Source: a bacterium
GTDB taxonomy: Bacteria; Verrucomicrobiota; Kiritimatiellia; RFP12; UBA1067
Reading direction: 5' to 3'
Length of the DNA: 64,000 nt
Assembly (NCBI GenBank): GCA_030537465.1
Contig: JAUNMP010000001.1
Coordinates: 3,170-67,169, forward strand
Of this stretch, positions 58,979-64,000 are shown piece by piece. The translations under genes and the position numbers were made by a program. The first letter of the stretch is position 1; the number at the start of each line of letters is the position of its first letter. A model generated the notes under the pieces. That model was given only the letters and a program-made list of their open reading frames with translations. It was not told where the DNA came from and searched no databases.

Positions 58979-60010
58979 ATGCAGGAGCGAAATGTGAAGA
59001 GACTTGCCGTTCTCATTGATGCGGACAACGTGAGTCCGGCGCAGGCGAGTGAGATTTTCAAGACCGTTTCCACGCTAGGCGAGCCGATTGTCCGTCGCGC
59101 CTATGGAATGGTCAACTGCTTCTCGGTCAGCGGCGGCTGGAATGTCGCTCAACGGGAATATGGCATTGTGTCCAAACCGCAGGTGAGCAACGTCTCGGGC
59201 AAGAACGTCGCCGACATCGCCCTGGTGATTGATGCGATGGAAATGCTTTACAAGAGTTCTGTAGACGGCATTTGCATTGTGTCCAGCGACAGCGATTTCA
59301 CGGCGCTGGCGGCAAAGATCCGCGAGGGAGGGAAACATGTCTTCGGTGTCGGCAGCAAGAAGACCCCCGCGAGCTTCCGGACAGCCTGCACGCGTTTCTT
59401 CGAATTGGTGCAAGTCAAGAAGCCGTCCAAGGAAAAGACTCCTAGCGGTTCAAGTGTCTGCCCCCGGTGTGGCGGAAAACTTGAGATGTCCCATACTAAG
59501 TCCCGTCAGGTGTGCCGTTCCTGTCCTTCGTGTGGGGGGATGACGGCGAAGATCTCGACCTTGAGGAAGTCCTTCGCGCCCGAAAGCCTGCAGCTTGTCG
59601 TGGAGAGCGCGAAGCGTCACGAGGTCTCAGGGTGCATTTGTCCAGACTGTGGATCGTCGATGAGCATCGTCAAGGTCGCTGCGGGAAAGCGCCAGGTTGA
59701 GATCGACGTCTGCGGGAAGTGTCAGACAGTCTGGTATGACAAAGACGAATTCGAGGCCCTGGTGCCGACGGATGGTGTGCTGCAGGCGACGGTTTCCGCG
59801 GGCAAGGCCTATCGAAGGGATCTCGTGGTGGCGGTGGCGGCAGATCTGCGGACAGGGCGCTGCAAAGTCTCCGACATTGGAGCTTTGAAGACGGTTCTCA
59901 AAAAGGTCTACTTCGCTCCGAATCCGGACGTTCAACCCATCATTGACGCGTTACGGTGTCAAAAGGTCATCTCTCTCGATAAAACGGGAAAGATCACTGT
60001 GCTTCAGTGA
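58979..60010 (+). CDS. NYN-domain (PIN-like RNase) protein with two zf-TFIIB-type zinc ribbons and a C-terminal possible OST-HTH/LOTUS-like tail
   Basis: NYN blocks RLAVLIDADNVSP, KNVADIALVIDAMEMLY and ICIVSSDSDFTALAAKIREGGKHVFGVG. Zinc ribbons CPRCGGKLE...CRSCPSCGG and CPDCGSSMS...IDVCGKCQTVWYDKDEFEAL (zf-TFIIB, PF13453-like). Confidence 0.65.
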   Translation: MQERNVKRLAVLIDADNVSPAQASEIFKTVSTLGEPIVRRAYGMVNCFSVSGGWNVAQREYGIVSKPQVSNVSGKNVADIALVIDAMEMLYKSSVDGICIVSSDSDFTALAAKIREGGKHVFGVGSKKTPASFRTACTRFFELVQVKKPSKEKTPSGSSVCPRCGGKLEMSHTKSRQVCRSCPSCGGMTAKISTLRKSFAPESLQLVVESAKRHEVSGCICPDCGSSMSIVKVAAGKRQVEIDVCGKCQTVWYDKDEFEALVPTDGVLQATVSAGKAYRRDLVVAVAADLRTGRCKVSDIGALKTVLKKVYFAPNPDVQPIIDALRCQKVISLDKTGKITVLQ

Positions 60011-60025
60011 TTTGGGATTAATCTA

Positions 60026-60691
60026 ATGAAGCGACTGGTGTCTTTTTTCCTGCTGTCGTTGGCGTTGGGCATAGCCCCGGGGCCGGATATCCTCTTTGTC
60101 CTCGCACAGTCGCTCGCGCATGGCTGGGGGGCAGGATCCCTGGTGACGCTTGGACTCTGTACGGGACTGGTCTTTCATGTCTCGATGGCCGCCTTTGGCA
60201 TTGCCGCCGTTCTGCGGAAATACCCCTGGGTGTTTCAGCTTGTCACCTGGGGTGGTGCCGCCTATCTGCTCTATTTGGGAATCGGTGCCTGGCAGTCCGC
60301 CTCGGTGGTCACGGTCTCCTCTTCGGGCGATGCGGTGACGGAGGCGCTTCCCCGCCTGCAGCTCTACACGCGGGGCATCGTGATGAATATGCTCAACCCC
60401 AAGGTCATGCTGTTCTTCCTTGCGCTGATGCCGCGTTTCGTCGAGCCGGAGAAGGGGCGGGTGGCAGGACAGTTCCTGGTCCTCGGTTTTGTCTTCGCGT
60501 TGGCGACGATTCTCGTGTTTCATGCCGTGGCGTTCTGTGGCGGCCTTGTTTCCGGATTGCTTGATTCTTCGTCGCGGGCTTCAGTCTATCTCAAGTACTT
60601 CTCCGCGATCGTCATGTTCGGCATCGCGTCTTGGATCGGCTGGCAGAACTTTCATGAGATGATCGCACCTGGAAAGCGGAATACGAACTGA
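60026..60691 (+). CDS. LysE/RhtB-family amino-acid translocator
   Basis: ~220 aa with 6 TM helices. LysE signature GIAPGPDILFVLAQSL. Confidence 0.8.
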   Translation: MKRLVSFFLLSLALGIAPGPDILFVLAQSLAHGWGAGSLVTLGLCTGLVFHVSMAAFGIAAVLRKYPWVFQLVTWGGAAYLLYLGIGAWQSASVVTVSSSGDAVTEALPRLQLYTRGIVMNMLNPKVMLFFLALMPRFVEPEKGRVAGQFLVLGFVFALATILVFHAVAFCGGLVSGLLDSSSRASVYLKYFSAIVMFGIASWIGWQNFHEMIAPGKRNTN

Positions 60692-60693
60692 CT

Positions 60694-62790
60694 ATGCAGA
60701 ATAAAGTGCTTTGCTCGTTGCTCCTGGTCTGGGTCACAGGTTTGACCACCACTTCGGCGTTCGGACTCGACTGGAACTATCCCGCGGAAGGTGTTTCGAT
60801 TGAAACTACACCAGTCTTCACGCTGGAACGCGTTGCCGGGAAGCGGGAATCGTTGAGTCTCGTTCCCTGTCCCGAGGGGTTTCCCGTGAATAGGTCAGCG
60901 TTCATGAGTGCGCGGGGCGAGGTGTGCGGCTATTTGACGGAACAGAGGGACGGGTCTCGTCGAAACATATACATCCATCAGGTCGGAAGTGGTGGGGCGA
61001 AGCCTTCTCTCTGTGGACATTTCCTCCTGGAGGCAATGGTGTCCTGTCCTCCCGACGCCATCCCCTGCCGAGTGAAGGCACCGAAGGGAACGCGCGTCTT
61101 CACCTGCGCGACACCGGGAGCGGACACTCTGCTCAACAACGCGATCTTTCTGCGCGAGTCGGATACGCTGGTTGAATTCTCCGCGGAGGGGCGCGTCACG
61201 ATTGAGACGATTGCGGCTGGACGTTTTCGGGTGAAGCTCGAAGGTGAGAACGATGGCGACTATTCCGTTCGGGTGACGAAGGACTACTTCCGCAATCGGA
61301 ACATTCCCCACTACGCTCCCATCAACCGCAGTCGTGCGCCCCATGCGCCGACGGGGTGGATGGCCTGGAACATCTATTTCGACCAGGCGACGGCTGAGGA
61401 CAATCTCCGCGAGGCGCGGGTGGCGTCGAAGCTGCTCAGACCGTATGGACTTGAATACTGGTCCGTCGAGTCCTGGCAGGGCAATTCGGACGTGCTTCCC
61501 GTGGCCGCATTCCACAATCTCGATCTCTCCTGCAATAAAGGCCAGTTCCCCCGGGGTATGAAGGCTGTTGCGGACGAGATTCGTTCCTTGGGTTTCAAGC
61601 CGGGACTCTGGATCGTCCCGTGGGGAACGGGTGACAGGTCCTTCTACGAAGCTCATCGAGATTGGTTCGTCCACGAGCCGAATGGACAGCCCATGAGTGC
61701 CTGGCCGGGACGCTACATCCTTGACGTCACCAATGATGAGGCCTACGAGCATGTGCGGAAGATGATTCGTACCTATGTGGAGGACTGGGGGTACGAATTC
61801 TTCAAGATCGACGGCATGGGTGCAGGATTCGGCTGGCCCTCTCTGAAGATGATGCGTCCGGAGATCCGCAAATCCCTTGCGCAGCCGGGAATGAAGGACC
61901 CGATCTATCGTTGGACGCATATGTTCCGAGAGGCAATGGGCGAAAAGAGCTATTTCCTCGCCTGTGGAGCGGCGGCGACCGCGCCTGGAATCGAGGACTG
62001 CGATGCCACACGCATCGGGGGAGATATTGTTCACCCGAACAAGCCCGTCCTGTGGGAGAACGTGCTCAATCAGGCGGGAATGTCCCTAAGGCGCTACTAC
62101 CACCACAACATCGTCGCCTGGAACGATCCCGATACGCTGATGGTCGATCCGAAGGCCCTTTCGCTGGAGGAGGCGCGCGTCACGACGACTGTCGTGGGAT
62201 TGCCCGGGCAGGTCATGTTCGCGGGCGATAAGATCGCCGAACTGCCACCGGAACGAGTGGCGCTCGTTCGGACAGACCTCCCCGTCGCGCAGACGTGTCC
62301 AACGGAATTGAGTCCCGTCAATGACCTGCGTCCTATTTGGAACCTCCTGGTCAAGACGCCGTATCAGTCCTGGAACGTGGTGGCGCTTTTCAACTGGGGA
62401 GAAGAGGACGTGGAGGTCGGGTTTGACTTCGCGGAGCTTGGGCTTGACGCCTCGCGGGAGTATGCCATCTATGAGACCTGGACGGAGAGCTGGCAGGGCT
62501 TCGCGCGGAATTCATTCTCGATGAAGGTGCCGCGCCATGCGGTTCGCCTGCTGACTGTTCATCCTCGGAGCGACAAGCCGATCCTGCTTGCCTCGGACCG
62601 TCATATCACCCGTGGATTCGAGGATGTCGTGGACTTCAAATATGTCGAAGGAACGGTCAAAATGCAGGTGAAGTGCGTAGCGGGACACAGGACAACCGTT
62701 CGTGTTCTCCACCCAGATGGTCGCATTGAATCATTTGTTGTTGAATCCCCGCGTTCGGAGATCGTGGAAGTGACAGGAGAATGCAAATGA
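60694..62790 (+). CDS. Secreted melibiase-family (GH27/GH36-like) alpha-galactosidase-like glycoside hydrolase
   Basis: Signal peptide. PTGWMAWNIY (GH27 GWNSWN-like), FFKIDGMG and AWNDPD. The C-terminal beta-sandwich is consistent with the family. The family call is approximate. Confidence 0.45.
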   Translation: MQNKVLCSLLLVWVTGLTTTSAFGLDWNYPAEGVSIETTPVFTLERVAGKRESLSLVPCPEGFPVNRSAFMSARGEVCGYLTEQRDGSRRNIYIHQVGSGGAKPSLCGHFLLEAMVSCPPDAIPCRVKAPKGTRVFTCATPGADTLLNNAIFLRESDTLVEFSAEGRVTIETIAAGRFRVKLEGENDGDYSVRVTKDYFRNRNIPHYAPINRSRAPHAPTGWMAWNIYFDQATAEDNLREARVASKLLRPYGLEYWSVESWQGNSDVLPVAAFHNLDLSCNKGQFPRGMKAVADEIRSLGFKPGLWIVPWGTGDRSFYEAHRDWFVHEPNGQPMSAWPGRYILDVTNDEAYEHVRKMIRTYVEDWGYEFFKIDGMGAGFGWPSLKMMRPEIRKSLAQPGMKDPIYRWTHMFREAMGEKSYFLACGAAATAPGIEDCDATRIGGDIVHPNKPVLWENVLNQAGMSLRRYYHHNIVAWNDPDTLMVDPKALSLEEARVTTTVVGLPGQVMFAGDKIAELPPERVALVRTDLPVAQTCPTELSPVNDLRPIWNLLVKTPYQSWNVVALFNWGEEDVEVGFDFAELGLDASREYAIYETWTESWQGFARNSFSMKVPRHAVRLLTVHPRSDKPILLASDRHITRGFEDVVDFKYVEGTVKMQVKCVAGHRTTVRVLHPDGRIESFVVESPRSEIVEVTGECK

Positions 62791-64000
62791 GGCGGCTATT
62801 GATTGGTTTGGCACTGATTGCTTCCTTGGTTGCACAGGGGGCGAATGCCTGGATGCAGAATGCCCGGAGGAGTCCGGCGTGGTTCACGCAGGGGGTCATG
62901 TACCAGATCCAGCCACGGGCGTTCACGCCCGAGGGGACGCTGAAGGCGGCGAAGGCGAAGCTTCCCTACCTGAAGGACCTCGGGGTGACGATCGCCTATC
63001 TCGTCCCTGTGATGAAGATGGACGCGGACGCCAACCATGACTTCTGGAGTCCGCGTCAGATCCGCAGTGGGTTCAACAATCCGAAGAACCAGTATCGCAT
63101 TGCCGACTATTTCCACGTGGACGAGGAGTATGGCACGGACCAGGACCTGAAGGACTTCTGCGGCGAGGCCCACCGTCTCGGACTCAAAGTCGTCTTCGAT
63201 CTCGTGTATCTGCACTGTGGTCCGACGGCGCCGTTCTTGAGGGATCACCCGGAGTTCACCTGGTGGAACGCCGACGGTTCGGTGAAGAAGGGACCGTGGC
63301 GCTTCCCCAAGCTCAACTTCGCCGTGCCGGAACTTCGGACCTATCTGATCGGGAACATCAAGTATCTCGTTTCCGAATATGGCGCGGACGGCTTTCGCTG
63401 TGATGTGGGGGACGGCATCCCGCTTGATTTCTGGTGCGATGCGCATGACGCGATGGACGCGCAGTCGAAGGGCGAGACGATTCTCCTCTGCGAGGGGTTC
63501 ACGGTCTGCAATCAGTACAAGGGGTTCGACGCGGACTACGGATGGTTCCCTGGTCTGAACGCAAAGTCCGTGCGGTCGGCCTGGATTGGCCGCGAGCGGG
63601 AGTGCCCCCGGGGCTCGAAGTTCGTCAACCACTACGAGAACCACGACATCGCCACAGACGCCCGTCCCCGTCGCGAGAAGGCCTGGGGACATATGGCCGT
63701 CGATCAGGTCCTCACCTGGATGTTCACCATAGATGGTGTGCCAATGCTCTTCACCGGCAACGAGCTTGCCGATGCCGATGAGCGGCATTCCATGTTTGGT
63801 AAGACACCGATGGACTGGTCCCAGCTTACGCGCGAGCCTGGCGCGTCCCGCCATGTGCTTGTCAGGAGCCTGGCAGAGCTCCGCCGTTCACATCCCGCCT
63901 TCACCGCCGTCAATGGGCGTGATGGACTGATCTGGCTCGATACGACTGCCCCAGACTCGGTGAGTGCCTTCGCACGTCGTGGTGGAGGTGAGACGGTGAT
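62787..64000 (+). CDS. Secreted GH13 alpha-amylase-family enzyme (5' part; continues past the window end)
   Basis: ATGA overlap with the upstream stop; signal MRRLLIGLALIASLVAQGANA. GH13 regions: GVMYQIQPRAF...LPYLKDLGVTIAYLVPV, GLKVVFDLVYLH, DGFRCDVGD, EGFT, FVNHYENHDI. No stop before nt 64000. Confidence 0.65.
   Translation, partial: MRRLLIGLALIASLVAQGANAWMQNARRSPAWFTQGVMYQIQPRAFTPEGTLKAAKAKLPYLKDLGVTIAYLVPVMKMDADANHDFWSPRQIRSGFNNPKNQYRIADYFHVDEEYGTDQDLKDFCGEAHRLGLKVVFDLVYLHCGPTAPFLRDHPEFTWWNADGSVKKGPWRFPKLNFAVPELRTYLIGNIKYLVSEYGADGFRCDVGDGIPLDFWCDAHDAMDAQSKGETILLCEGFTVCNQYKGFDADYGWFPGLNAKSVRSAWIGRERECPRGSKFVNHYENHDIATDARPRREKAWGHMAVDQVLTWMFTIDGVPMLFTGNELADADERHSMFGKTPMDWSQLTREPGASRHVLVRSLAELRRSHPAFTAVNGRDGLIWLDTTAPDSVSAFARRGGGETV

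Overview
The window is a 64-kb, high-GC (about 63-65%) stretch of bacterial chromosome, apart from one low-GC island at 2.7-4.1 kb. It is gene-dense, and nearly all real genes are on the + strand. The - strand carries almost only Arg-rich antisense ORFs that I treat as spurious. The gene content suggests a PVC-superphylum-like organism (Kiritimatiellota, Lentisphaerota or Verrucomicrobiota style). Many exported enzymes have twin-arginine (TAT) signals of the form MxLSRRGFIGGAAS. There are many glycoside hydrolases (GH2, GH5, GH13, a GH27/36-like enzyme, a CBM4_9-containing enzyme and a beta-propeller enzyme). There are periplasmic sugar-phosphate-isomerase-like (xylose-isomerase-like) TIM barrels, Gfo/Idh/MocA and FAD oxidoreductases, and a large protein with a formylglycine-generating-enzyme (FGE) domain.

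Contents in order:
- 2-949: C-terminal fragment of a PATR-repeat (passenger-associated-transport repeat) surface protein.
- 975-8084: secreted glycan-active enzymes plus a low-GC Bacteroidetes-type AAA ATPase.
- 8157-8987 (-): a divergently transcribed TorF-like porin.
- 9.3-39 kb: a co-directional, tightly packed cluster of about 17 genes, roughly 30 kb long.
  - It opens with a sigma-54-type promoter and a TRAP transporter (DctP, a DctQ-DUF805 fusion, DctM) translationally coupled to ethanolamine ammonia-lyase EutBC.
  - It continues with two TAT-exported metallophosphoesterases, two exported TIM-barrel isomerase-like proteins and a TAT FAD oxidoreductase.
  - It then encodes a 2095-aa protein with five tandem ~345-aa repeats and a C-terminal SGNH/DUF4886 esterase, and a 607-aa secreted hypothetical.
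  - Next come an exported glutamate-racemase/polysaccharide-deacetylase fusion, a GDPD/sialidase-like lipoprotein fusion and a YbeD-like protein.
  - It ends with a beta-propeller glycoside hydrolase and a GH2 beta-galactosidase.
- 39-50 kb, housekeeping block: purC, a Fis-like protein, ybaB, recR, a GH5 enzyme, thrS (no TGS domain), infC (non-AUG start), cysS, tmk, holB and PSP1/RicT.
- 50-64 kb: a TAT Gfo/Idh/MocA oxidoreductase, a TIM-barrel isomerase, a tandem double-GT2 membrane glycosyltransferase and plsY.
  - A 1189-aa exported protein combining a discoidin-like region, a beta-propeller, two CxxCH motifs and an FGE domain.
  - DUF192, a NYN plus two zf-TFIIB ribbons protein, a LysE translocator, an alpha-galactosidase-like GH and a GH13 start.

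I found no rRNA, tRNA, CRISPR array, IS element or integrase.

The most interesting candidates:
- (a) The TRAP-EutBC operon. A TRAP transporter for a cationic amine would be unprecedented, and by eye its substrate-binding protein seems to lack the signature carboxylate-binding Arg.
- (b) The 30-kb exported-enzyme supra-operon downstream of it. Its content fits harvesting ethanolamine from phosphoethanolamine- or glycerophosphodiester-decorated glycans.
- (c) The giant internally repeated protein.
- (d) The FGE/cytochrome-c-motif multidomain protein.
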